Origin: Antedon mediterranea
Taxonomy: Eukaryota; Animalia; Echinodermata
Reading direction: 5' to 3'
NCBI RefSeq assembly: GCF_964355755.1
Contig: NC_092680.1
Span: forward strand, 2,542,001 to 2,606,000
DNA: 64,000 nt
Below, piece after piece: positions 23,399-34,699 of this stretch. The notes under the pieces were generated by a model. It was given only the letters and a program-made list of their open reading frames with translations. It had not been told where the DNA came from and ran no database searches. A program made the position numbers and the translations under genes. Every line of letters starts with the position of its first letter. Within the stretch, counting starts at the first letter, position 1.

Positions 23399-26300
23399 AT
23401 GCCGGCGTGTGTTGTTTCAAATTGTTGGGAATACGAAAAAGCCCGATTAGATGGAATACCCTTTCATACTTTTCCAAATGATAAGGCGTTGGCCAGAAGA
23501 TGGTTAACTGTTATTAGAAACGCTAATTTGAATCCCGGCTGTAAGCCGTCGACATACAGAACTTTGCGAGTTTGTGGAAAGCACTTCATGAAGTCAGATT
23601 ACCTACCTGACCCAAAACACGATCTAGCTCCGCATCTTTACAAGCCAAAACACCGCCTGAAACCTGACGCAGTACCAAGTATATTTGCATTTAACAAACC
23701 TAGTAGTACAACTATGAGAAGTGCATTTAAAAAAAGACAGGAGGCTGGTAATCAAGAATCGGTAAGAACAATGATGAATTTACCACCAGAACAATAATAT
23801 TAATAATTAGGCCTAATATATCAAAGTAAATTATAGGCCTAATAAGTTTTTTTTTTCTTTTTATGTTTAGGCTAAGCCTAAAAAAAAATTAACAATTGAC
23901 TGGGCCTACTACTCTGTACATTATTAAAATATTACATTTATGATATAGGCCTAGGGATTTTAGGCTATGCCTAGCCTATAAATCCAAACAAGAAAAAATA
24001 TAGCCTAGGCCTATGCTAGATAGTATTACTACTACTACTAGCTAGAGATAGGCCCTTTCTTAGTGCATTATTTTTTTTTAATGAAAAATGCTATAATGAT
24101 GATTACTACTAACTAGGCCTACTAACTACTAGCCATCATTTGGTGATTGAGAACAACAACAATTAACACTAACTATAGTTTAAAAAAACAATTCTATTTT
24201 TTGTTACTGTGTAGAAATGGTATTAAAGAAAAATAAATATATTTAGTTTTTCACAGGCTCAGAATCATCGCATACATCACATGATGTCCAAGAAAAAAAA
24301 TCAGTACATGGCAATGATGATGAGGTATGATTATTTATGGTTTATCTATCTTCACCAACTTGTGAATGCGTAGTGTATGTAATATCAAATTCTGTAAACT
24401 ATATAATATTATAATTTTACAGGACTTAAATGTAAGCTTTTCATCATCACATGGAAATGAGTCGATGGGATGGATACCAGAAGAGGACAGTTCTTCTTCC
24501 TCTGAAGAAGAAATAGAAGTAGTAGATGATAATGTTACAGGAAAAGTGATAGTCAATGTTGATAGTGTGCTTGAAATGTTTAAGCGATGCCAAGAATGCG
24601 GTCAGAAGATAATATCAACAAATGTGTTATACAGGGGAGCAAAAATAATTGTACATTGGCAATGTACTGAATATCACTTTGGCAAATGGGAAAGCTGTCC
24701 AGATGTTCGTGGAATGGCAGAAATCAATTTACTTACAGCCTCTGCTATTTTGTACAGTGGAAACACATATCAAGCAATTAATAATTTTGCTAAAATTCTT
24801 GATATGCATTTTTTATCATCATCAAGTTTTTATCAAATTCAAAAATGTTATTTGTTGCCAGTCATAAATGAAGCATATAAGGAACAACAAGATGTGATGA
24901 TTGCCGAACTCATTTTAAGAAGTTTGGATAATGAGACTATCTCAATTTTGGGGGACGCCCGGTCAGACTCGCCAGGGTATTCCGCAAAATATTCTACGTA
25001 CTCTTTTATTGAAGAGAAAAGTGACAAAATTGTTGATGCTCGGCTGATACAAGTGACGGAATGTTCCAGCTCAGTAGCAATGGAAAAGGAAGGTTTCATC
25101 AGAAGTTTAGAGTTTTTGTTGGGTCATGGCATCAACATCAAAACAATCACAACTGACAGATCACCATCAATCAGAAAAGTTATGAAGGACGAATACTGGG
25201 AGATATCACATCAGCTTGATTGCTGGCATGTTTGTAAAGGTATGATTGATACAGTAAAATAATTCTCTAACAAACTAAAACCAAATTAAATCCTTCATTT
25301 TTTTTACTCTCATCAGTATATAAATAAGCACCATATACATATTGTACAAATGAGCATTATATGAGTTTGCTCTAATCTATCTCATCTCGCACAGTGTAAT
25401 TTCAATTGACACTTCTTCTAGTCTACTAGTGTAGCACCAGCGAGTACAGTATATACTGTAATCATGTTTGTAAAGTTCATAAATTGTTTTACTAATACTA
25501 TATTGTATATTTTATCAAATATTTCAGGCATTAAAAAGAAAGTCTTGGCAAGTGGTAAAAAGAAGGGAAATGAGCACCTATTATTGTGGACCAAGAGCAT
25601 AACAAACCATTTGTGGTTCTGTTGTGCAACTTGTAAAGGTGATGTCCAGGTATGACCACTAGTGAATTTTTTTTTCAATCGACAGGGGTGAAGAGGAAAA
25701 GCAAAAGTAATGAAACTCTCATCTTGTGATGTGCTTAACAAGCCCTGTCAATATACTGTAAACAAAACAAAAATATATATTTATGTACATCATCATATTG
25801 ATAATTGATATATAAAATACTCAAAATTAAAAAATCAGTTCTGCTTTATACTGTGTTTATTATTAATAAGTACTATATAATTAATACAGAAATAAAAATA
25901 AAGTTGTGTCCAATAAAAAATATTGCAGTACTATATAAACTGCTCTTATACTAGTATAAAAGAAAAAAGAGCACCATCATCATCATTCTCTAAATTGAGC
26001 TTTACACTATTTTTTTACTAATGTTTAGGTACTCAAAAACAGGTGGAAATCAATTTTAAATCACGTGGTAAATGTTCACAGATGGGAGGAAGATGGGATT
26101 GAGAATACCTGTGCACACAGTGCCCTAACAGAAGAAGAAGCAGAAAGCAAGATATGGCTAGAATATGATTCGCCAGCCTATGATGCTTTGAAAAAAATTG
26201 TACTGGATAAAAGATTAGATAATGATCTTGGTCAACTTGGAGAATTTAAGCATACTGGTGGGTGTGAAATGTTTTTTGTGTAGACAATAAGAATTAAACG

Positions 26301-26925
26301 TTAGTGTAAAACCCATTTTACTTACTCACTGCTCAATTCTTCAATTCAGGTACCTTAGAGTCCTATCATGCCTCGTACACCAAGTTTGCCCCAAAACGAA
26401 TTCACTTTCATTATGGTTCTATGCAAGGCAGGACTCAGCTAGCAGTTATAGATCATAATGCTAATGTTGGCAGGAAACAGGCACAAACAATTGCAGGTAA
26501 TACTTATAATGCATGTAATAAAATAACAAGACACTTTAAGTTAATATACAACATTTTATTATATTCTCTGTTCACCCATGTCTAAACTGTCTAGTCCAGC
26601 TACATAATAGGCCTATTAAAAATGATTTGTTTTTCTGAATTTAATTGTAGGTGATCTTCGATACAAAATGGTTTGCCCAAAACGGGGCGATGGATCATGG
26701 TCTGCCAAAAAAATTTATGAAGCTAAAAAATATGATTACGTTGTTGATCTGGTTGAGAAGACGCTACAGAGACGAATGGACCCAGGTATAAGGTACAAAT
26801 ATACAGAATCTGCAGTGCCTCTTCCAGAATTACCAAAAAACATCTCAAAGCAGGAACAACCTTCTAAAGATTTATTAATAAATGAATATTGTCAAAGAAC
26901 CGAGCAAATTATGGATAATCAGTAG
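23399..26925 (+). CDS. Kolobok transposase with N-terminal THAP zinc finger and DDE core (about 668 aa, 7 exons)
   Basis: Model 23399-23747, 24257-24324, 24423-25239, 25528-25649, 26029-26257, 26350-26496, 26651-26925 sums to 2007 nt in frame (the exon-1 donor is uncertain). THAP C2CH (CVVSNC...FP...W...VCGKHF...AVPSIF); catalytic GDARSDSPG / TTDR / HTGTLESYH; His/Cys-rich NHLWFC...HVVNVHRW...CAH. Confidence 0.9.
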
Positions 26926-26994
26926 ATGATTATGATGGTGATGATTTAAATACTGTTGTTATACAAAGTTTATTTTTCAGTTTAATCGAACAAA

Positions 26995-27967
26995 TTATGC
27001 ATCATCAGTAGCAGGCCAAGAAAAACCTTTGTATGTTCCATCAGGTGAAGGAAACTTTTCTCTAATTTTCTTGACCAAACAAGCTGGCAATACCATTCTG
27101 TTCTTGTAGCCTAGTTTTTCACCTTGTAGAATCCATTGTAGTACAACTCTGTAAGCTACAAGGCGGTATTGTCTGATAATTTAAAAAAATGAATGACTTT
27201 AGCTAAGTCTGTTAAAAATAAAAAGTGCCATGTTTTCTATATTTTGTTTTACTCACTGCTTGTTGATATCTAGTATTCTATATAGTAAATGGTTATTAGA
27301 GTGACTTTTGAAAACATGGTCATGCAAAACAGATTTAGTGGTCAAATGTATTTTTAAAAACAAAACATATTCTTGTGCTTATAGAGTAGTTCTCTTGAGT
27401 TTAACACAATGGAACTAGCGGCAAAATGAATGTATTATGTAGAAAGAATAAAAAAAATAAAGGAAGAAAGATATCTTGAATAAAAAACCAAAAGCCTTAC
27501 TCATTATTTAGTTGGCCATGTAGGCCCCTTGGTTTCGGAAATTGTTTCCAGTTGTGTCGATGACTTCGAAAAAATGTTGTCAAAACACTTGTATTTAAGT
27601 GTGCTTCAAGATCACAATGAGATGTAATGCACCGTAATAATAAATCGTCATCTTTTTCCATTGGAGTTGTAGTAGGCCTCTCTCTCTCTAACAAAGACAA
27701 TGTTTGTTGAACTTCATTGCAACATACACATTCGTCTTCCGTTGCCATTGGTGTACAAAAACCACATGTACACCAAAAACTGTCATTCAGTCTACTTACT
27801 AAAGCTGTTGGCAGGGGTGCAACTGCACTATTATTCTTCTCCTTTCTTCTGCGCTCTATCTCGGTTGGTGAGTATTGTGGTTCAAATAAATATGGTCTTG
27901 GAACAGAATAAAAAATATCGTCGTCACTTCCATACTCTTCTTCTTCTGTTTCATGCACTTCAGCCAT
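26995..27967 (-). CDS. KolX-type accessory protein homologous to the P2X7 cytoplasmic ballast domain (214 aa, 2 coding exons)
   Basis: Exons 27967-27501 and 27172-26995 join in frame (645 nt): PYLFEP...WCTCGFC...ECVCC...CITSH...QYRLVAYR...W...LPACLVKKIREKFPSPDGTYKGF. This aligns with recalled P2X7 WCQCGSC...LCC...CITTS...RHCAYR...LPSCCRWRIRKEFPKSEGQYSGF. Confidence 0.9.
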
Positions 27968-28676
27968 GTTTTATCGTTATGTGTCTATGATGAAATTAAA
28001 TGAGAGTATTAAATTGGGCTATATTAAATACCGATTTGATATGCACTGCCTAGTAGGCCCTGGGTCTACCTAGTAGTATTCAATCCATCTGCCTAACCCT
28101 TCCTCTAGCTGGGCACAATATGATTATGAGTGAGGATTTCGAGTAAAATATTATTAATATTATTATAATAAGTTCATGAATTTTTAGGCGTTCATAAACG
28201 GCGGCCATGCCCCACCCATGCCATGGCCAAAGGCCCAAAATAATCAGACCCACTCTAAGCTAGTAGTAGAGTACTACTAGGCCTAGGCTGGTACTAGGTA
28301 GGCATAGTACTATACTAGGCTCTTGCGCATATCAATTAGTAGCCTATTTATTATAGGCCTAGCCTAGTAGAATAGGCTTACCCAGACTCCTACTAGGACC
28401 TAGGCTAGGCATATATATAAAAGAAAACAGCGGCAGCAGAGCCAGAGGGGACCTAGGCCTAGGCCTAGGTTAGGCCTAGTTTTGTTTTCCAAAATTGAAA
28501 TTACGAGACCCTGACACAAAAACAAACATAATCTAATTTTTTTTTTAAACTTACGTGATAAGCCCACGATCAATGCTAAAAAACTTGTCTGGAAAAATTA
28601 CAACTATCTCACACACACAGTTTACCACATCACCACACGTCACATACACACCACCACCACACAGCAGCTAGCATGC

Positions 28677-29152
28677 AGCAGAGAAAAAGTTTTGAGTCCG
28701 ATATGGTTGAATGATTCCAGAACGTCATACGTCATGTTTCTACTAGCTACTCTTCGGGTCCCATAGACAAGTCTCGCAAAGCGCGAACATTTCTAGTAAA
28801 CACACTTTTTAAATAAATCGTAAAAAATATAAAAGTTGAATTGTTTTATTGTTTGTTTTGTCTATCTGGATATTGAAGTGTTTCTTCAAAATACCAGGAA
28901 AACATTTTGGCAAATTTAAGTAATTTAAAAGGTTAAATAAGCAATTGAAGTGACGGTACCTATCTATTGTATGGTAACAACAGCGAAAACTCATTAAGTA
29001 GATTATGCGATGCACCTGTGACGTCACAGCAATTTACGGCGACGGCTGTACGGCGAGCGCGTGCGGCGATATCCTCGATTTCGCGATGGTTCTGAAATCA
29101 TATGTATACCCCTAATACGTTTTTAAAATATGGTCCTCGGTACAGTTGTCCT
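28677..29152 (-). repeat. Right TIR (476 bp) of the Kolobok element
   Basis: Reverse complement of 22815-23290. Confidence 0.95.
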
Positions 29153-30631
29153 TTAAGGAATCCATTAGGCATTAGCTGCTGTTCATTAATTCGCTCAAGG
29201 CAAGGCGACTGACTGTGTTGGCATCACTCACTCATAGCAGAATGGATAACTAGCAACTGTGTAGTTGAGTTATACCATAAGTGACTGACTGATTTAAAAG
29301 GGAAGTTGATTTCACCGAAGGATGATCAGATTATTGATAAAGCTCTGTCTACACTATCAAACGAGTTTGACAAAAAAAGAGTGTTATGCCCAAATAGTGA
29401 TATGCTTAATATGGCAGTGATATGACATCATCATGTCCATGGCCACATCACATTTTTATGTCACATAAAGTTTGATAATGTAGACAGAGCTTACAAAGGC
29501 CTATAAACAAATCTGCATAATGACCTTTTCAATTTTACTGTATGGATTTTTCAGAAGTCCATTCCATGACTAAATTTCATACACACAGCTCAAGTAGATC
29601 AATAGCTACAGTATCAAAGTACAGCTGTAATTGTAATGGTATGGTAATCAAAATTACATACTTCAGCAAATAAATCCCTTTAAAGGGTATAATACTGTTG
29701 GTATATTTAAAAACTTTGAGTTTTCATTCTTTCATTTTGATCTTATTAATTTTTGCCATGGTCATCGTGCTGTTGGATTCTATTACCAATTATTATTTAT
29801 TAGATTAAGGATGTTTGGAATTGTGCTGTAAATAAGAAACTGATGTTCTTTCATCAGTTTAATTGTTTCTATTCAAAATGCATTTCTTGAACAGGAACTA
29901 TTTGTTTTAGAAAAGAACTTCCCTTTAAAAACATTATTTATAAACAGTTAAATCGTATTATGGGGTTTTCCATTTTCTGTTATCTTCAACTACATAAAAG
30001 ATATATAAATATATTATATATTTTTTTGGTGATATCTTTGTCGCTCTCAAACGTATGCAATAATAATAAAAAATAATTACTGCATAAATATAATTTTAAG
30101 AAAAGTTGAACAATGTTTTATTGTAATTTTCTGATATCTATAAAATGTTTGCAATTTTTTAATAATTAAATTGAACAAATAAAAGTGATTGAAAGACTAC
30201 AATTACAGTGAAAAGGACTGTGAAACATATCCTGTGAATTTCTAAGAGATTGAGCTTTCATCTGTACTATATCCTTTCAGTGATCTTCAAGTTACCAGGA
30301 CTTAAAAATTGCAGCAAACTGTGAAGAATTTGTTATGCATGATTGAACATTAGTAACTAAAGAAATTGAAGTAGATGATCATCATCCTCAATTTTCTCAC
30401 TAAAAAACTCTACTGATGATCACTTTTATATTTTATTTTATAAAGTAACAAAATGAAATTTGTTTCGTATTAAAAAAAAAAATATTCAGTTTAAAAATAA
30501 TTTGTCATTGTATTCAATTTAGATTGTTGTTTTGAAAAAGAATTTGGGAATGGAAAGAAAACTAAATATATTAATATAAAAATACTATTTATATCAACAT
30601 ATTAATTATTACTGAAATTTGTATCTTTCAG

Positions 30632-30723
30632 GTGAAGTGTTAAACTCGCATCTACTGTCAATCAACCTGATATATATAGACGTCAACCAAACAACCTGTC
30701 ATAGATTTTACCTAAAAGTGAAT
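30632..30723 (+). other. Probable 5'UTR exon of the zinc-finger gene
   Basis: Acceptor tctttcag at 30631 and donor gtaagt at 30724. Splicing to the acceptor at 31026 places an in-frame TGA upstream of ATG 31049. Confidence 0.6.
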
Positions 30724-31048
30724 GTAAGTTGTGTTGAAAGCATGACATTATAAATGGGAACCTGCACTTACTATTGATATGCTCAGCCTGTGTGGTTGTG
30801 AAGTAGCATATAGCAATGTGTATAATGTTTTTGTGGAGGTCTGCCACTGCGGGTGGTATAAGCTGTCTCTAAACAAATTTAAAGATCGGTGGCGCCTAAG
30901 TGAAACTATGATTCTAGGCCTACAGTACTAGCTACTGAGTGAAGCTACTAACTTCATTAACTACTCAAATGTTTCATAATATTAAACAATACTTTAAAAC
31001 TGTAAATCTTATATGTTTTTTTTCAGATTGAAGAGTAAAATAGACAGA

Positions 31049-34000
31049 ATGGAAGAAGAAGCTGAGTTGCATTGTGAGAAATGCGAGTTTACATCTCGAT
31101 CACATTCCTCGATGAAGCGCCATATGAAGGGGAAACACAACGAGCAGTACGAACCACCTTATCAGTACACGTGTGACCTCTGTCCATATGCTACAGGCAG
31201 TAAAATGAACTTTGTTATGCATGTCAGATCTCATGCAAACCCCCAGCAATTTGTCTGCTCAATATGTCATCGCAGTTACAAAAACAAAAGTTCTTTGAAT
31301 AAGCACAAACAAAGCCACAGAAACAACCCATTTTTCTGCAGTAAATGCAACAACAAGTTTGTTTATAAAAGCAACATGAAGACGCACATGAAAACGTGTA
31401 AAGGAAGACAGAAGCCGACTGTCAGACGCTTTCGGTGCAAAGTATGCTCGAAGGAGTTCCTGTCTGGGGTTAGCCTTCAGATGCACATGAGCGAACATGA
31501 TCACGTAGAATTAAAATGTACTCATTGTAGCTTTGTCAGTGATTCACAAGACATCATTGCCAACCACATGGAGAATGTTCACCAAATTTCCAAAGATGTT
31601 GAAGATCCAAATGATTATAATATAATTTTAAACCAAATCAAGAAAGAACCAGGTCTTGATGATGATACAGATACTGGTAATGGAATGCTTAGTGGTCAAA
31701 GTGATTCTAACCAGGTGGCAGATAACTTACCATTTGAGTATGAATCTTCAGGAAACACATGTGGCGAATGTGGGTTCACTGCTGGCAGCAGTAAAGGTCT
31801 TAGATATCATCGCATGAAAAATCATCCAACCAGTGCAGATAAAGCAAAAATGCCAATTTGTAAACTCTGTAATGAGCAATTCCTCTACCCATCTCTGTAT
31901 AACCGCCATCTTATTAAACATTACAAAAGAGGTGATACCTACCAACTTGATAATGATGCACCCATTGGATGTCCTTATTGCTCATTCCATACATCAAATT
32001 GGAACTATGTTTATAAACACATTAAACGAATGCATCCTTTCTATCCAAAAGTAACACGACATCGTAGTAATACAACCACCAGTGTAAACAATTCTACCGA
32101 TACCATTCAAGATTACTATGGAACAACTGAGGATACCATCCAACAACAAGATGAGGAGGTTGGTTCTTCTACCATCAGTCCACCATCTTCCAAAAAACGA
32201 AAGAACCGTCTGTATGCTTGTGACCTCTGCGAGTTTAGTACATGGAGTCATGGAAGTTTAAGTTATCACAAGAAGAAGGTTCACTCCACTCACAGGTTTA
32301 AATGCAGCATGTGTCCATACAAAGCAGTCAGCAGGTGCGACGTCATCAAACATCAGAAACGCCACAGCAAAGAGAAGCCATACATCTGTAAGACATGCGG
32401 CGATGGTTTTGAATCCAAGAAACGACTCAACACTCACATGTTAAATTCTCACGATGGTACCATGGAAGCTGAATCTGAAAATGAAATGATTATAGAGGAA
32501 GAGAATGGAGAAGAAATCCGAGATGATGAAGTACCAGATACAATTGTTGATGAAGATGGTAAAGAGATAACTCTTGTGACAGAGGATCAGTCGGATGATT
32601 CCAGACCATTTAAATGTGATGAATGTGGAAGAGCCTATAAACACAGGAACAACCTTCAATTGCACAAGCTCTCTCACACAGTGGTTCGTATACATCAATG
32701 TCAATTGTGCAGCTTTGCAGCAACGTCTGCCGCTAGCCTAGGAACTCACATGTCTGAGGAACATGACATAGAGCAAGCTGAGGAAGGGGGTGCTGAAGAA
32801 TCTACTGCTGTTGATATGTCCCAACTGCAAGAGACTACTGCAGAATACGATGAGGGTGAAGATGCATCAAATGTTACAGAGTCCAGCGATCAGCCAATGT
32901 TTGTACGTATAGGTGGTTTGTACAAATGTAAATTGTGTGCTTATAGAAGCAAGTACCCTTCGAAAATGGGTCGTCATGTGAAGATTCATACACCAATAAC
33001 AAAGAGCACAAGCTTCTCTTGTGATCACTGTTCTTACCTGACAAGATATAAATTTGCATTGAAAAAGCATGTTATGAACAAGCACAAACGAAACCTGGAC
33101 GGTACACCAATAGGTGATGGACAGAATGAATTAACACCTAAAATAGAACATAATGAAGAGGAGGAAAATAATGAGGAAGACATGAACGAAGAAGAGATGC
33201 TAACCGAAGAGAACTTTGACTCGCCAACGGACATGGTACCGATGGAGGACGGTAGCACAAAATCAAGATTTATCATCAAATGTACGTGTCGTGCGTGTCA
33301 TGGCAAAGCAATTCCAAAAGACAGTGTCACTAGAGAGCAGGATGTGTTCTCGAATGCTAATGAAATGCTGATAAACAAGGTTAACAAAGACAACACTGTT
33401 TTATGGGAGTGTTCCATCTGCGATAAGGTTTTCTCCGAGAAGATTCGATGCCTTCGTCACAGCCTAATTCATACCGGAGAAAAACCGTACACTTGTAGCC
33501 ATTGTTCACGACAGTTCAATCTACGTAGCAACGCTAAACGACATGTCATCATTCACATAAGAAACAATGGCGGTGAAAAACTTTCAAAGTGCACAATATG
33601 TAACAAAGTGTTTGCTTTTGAAGGGCAGTTAAAATACCATTTGAGAACGCAGCATGCAACAGGGGATATTGCATTTGAAGAGGCCTACGATGCAGATGTT
33701 GATAACAGCTTAAAAGCTGTTAAGGATTCCAAAATTGCTGGAAGCTTAAGTTGGCATGGAGAGATGATGGAAATCTCTAGAAGATTCCGATGCAGATACT
33801 GCGATAACACAATCGTGGGCCGAGCAAACTTTGTTAAACACGTCTGCTCGCACACCGGCCAGACACCGATGTCGTGCAACATCTGCGGTAAACTATTTTA
33901 TGATAGAACGTTGTTGTATAAGCATAAGCTTATTCATAAACGCAAAGCAAATACCTGTAAAGGATGTGGAAAGGTTTTCACCGTTCAGTCTAAACTTACA

Positions 34001-34699
34001 GAACATAACCTTACATGTATTGCTTTGAAACGACTTAATAATGAAGTCTCAGCAGGTGAGAATATTAAAGAGAGGTCTGTCTTAGGAGTGGATACCACTG
34101 GAGAAATTGATGCTATGACTGGTATGCCACTTCCTTTACCAGTTATCAGTAATGTCTACTCGCTACACTCGCCCCAAGGAGTTCATCAGAGTAACGCCAG
34201 AATGATGAATTTAAATCAAGAATTTGATGCTCATAATGACGTAGGCCTGTCAGACTTGCGTAACTACCAGCCCAAGGATGAAAGCCCATTGTTGTCCAAC
34301 ATTTTATCACATGGCCGGCTTGTTACTCCACAGAAAAGTCATAGACAGTACGACCACAACAGTTTAAGCCCTTGCATCAGCCCTGAACTTGACCGGAACG
34401 GAGGTCATAGAAATGATGACATGAGGTCATCGACGCCAATTAACAGACACGAAATGAGAAACAACAGTAATCACAGTCCTGAAAATTCAGAAGAGTCAAA
34501 GTGTACGGATTGCTTGAAGAATTCCTGCCATCAACTGAAATGTGTTCATTGTGGTCTGATCTTCTTGGATGTCGTCATGCATACACTTCACATGGGATGG
34601 CATGGAAATAGGAATCCATTTGAATGCCATGGATGTGGCAAAGACTGTGGTGACAAGTATAGCTTTATATCTCACATCTTTAGGGAAAGTCATAAGTAA
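31049..34699 (+). CDS. Multi-cluster C2H2 zinc-finger protein (24 fingers, about 1216 aa) with Ikaros/Hunchback-type C-terminal finger pair; single coding exon
   Basis: Long uninterrupted ORF; 24 C2H2/C2HC units counted in the translation. C-terminus CVHCGLIFLDVVMHTLHMGWHG..NPFECHGCG...DKYSFISHIFRESH matches the recalled Ikaros dimerization fingers. ATG 31049 follows the acceptor tttcag at 31026. Confidence 0.9.
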   Translation: MEEEAELHCEKCEFTSRSHSSMKRHMKGKHNEQYEPPYQYTCDLCPYATGSKMNFVMHVRSHANPQQFVCSICHRSYKNKSSLNKHKQSHRNNPFFCSKCNNKFVYKSNMKTHMKTCKGRQKPTVRRFRCKVCSKEFLSGVSLQMHMSEHDHVELKCTHCSFVSDSQDIIANHMENVHQISKDVEDPNDYNIILNQIKKEPGLDDDTDTGNGMLSGQSDSNQVADNLPFEYESSGNTCGECGFTAGSSKGLRYHRMKNHPTSADKAKMPICKLCNEQFLYPSLYNRHLIKHYKRGDTYQLDNDAPIGCPYCSFHTSNWNYVYKHIKRMHPFYPKVTRHRSNTTTSVNNSTDTIQDYYGTTEDTIQQQDEEVGSSTISPPSSKKRKNRLYACDLCEFSTWSHGSLSYHKKKVHSTHRFKCSMCPYKAVSRCDVIKHQKRHSKEKPYICKTCGDGFESKKRLNTHMLNSHDGTMEAESENEMIIEEENGEEIRDDEVPDTIVDEDGKEITLVTEDQSDDSRPFKCDECGRAYKHRNNLQLHKLSHTVVRIHQCQLCSFAATSAASLGTHMSEEHDIEQAEEGGAEESTAVDMSQLQETTAEYDEGEDASNVTESSDQPMFVRIGGLYKCKLCAYRSKYPSKMGRHVKIHTPITKSTSFSCDHCSYLTRYKFALKKHVMNKHKRNLDGTPIGDGQNELTPKIEHNEEEENNEEDMNEEEMLTEENFDSPTDMVPMEDGSTKSRFIIKCTCRACHGKAIPKDSVTREQDVFSNANEMLINKVNKDNTVLWECSICDKVFSEKIRCLRHSLIHTGEKPYTCSHCSRQFNLRSNAKRHVIIHIRNNGGEKLSKCTICNKVFAFEGQLKYHLRTQHATGDIAFEEAYDADVDNSLKAVKDSKIAGSLSWHGEMMEISRRFRCRYCDNTIVGRANFVKHVCSHTGQTPMSCNICGKLFYDRTLLYKHKLIHKRKANTCKGCGKVFTVQSKLTEHNLTCIALKRLNNEVSAGENIKERSVLGVDTTGEIDAMTGMPLPLPVISNVYSLHSPQGVHQSNARMMNLNQEFDAHNDVGLSDLRNYQPKDESPLLSNILSHGRLVTPQKSHRQYDHNSLSPCISPELDRNGGHRNDDMRSSTPINRHEMRNNSNHSPENSEESKCTDCLKNSCHQLKCVHCGLIFLDVVMHTLHMGWHGNRNPFECHGCGKDCGDKYSFISHIFRESHK

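Larger units (their letters stand above)
22815..29152. mobile_element. Autonomous Kolobok-superfamily DNA transposon (6338 bp)
   Basis: TTAA TSD at 22811-22814 and 29153-29156; AG...CT termini; 476-bp TIRs; encodes a THAP-DDE transposase (+) and a convergent KolX-type protein (-). Confidence 0.93.

Noticed and set aside
26995-27967. Calling this gene a host P2X7 receptor
   Set aside because: No transmembrane or ectodomain sequence; it lies inside transposon TIRs.
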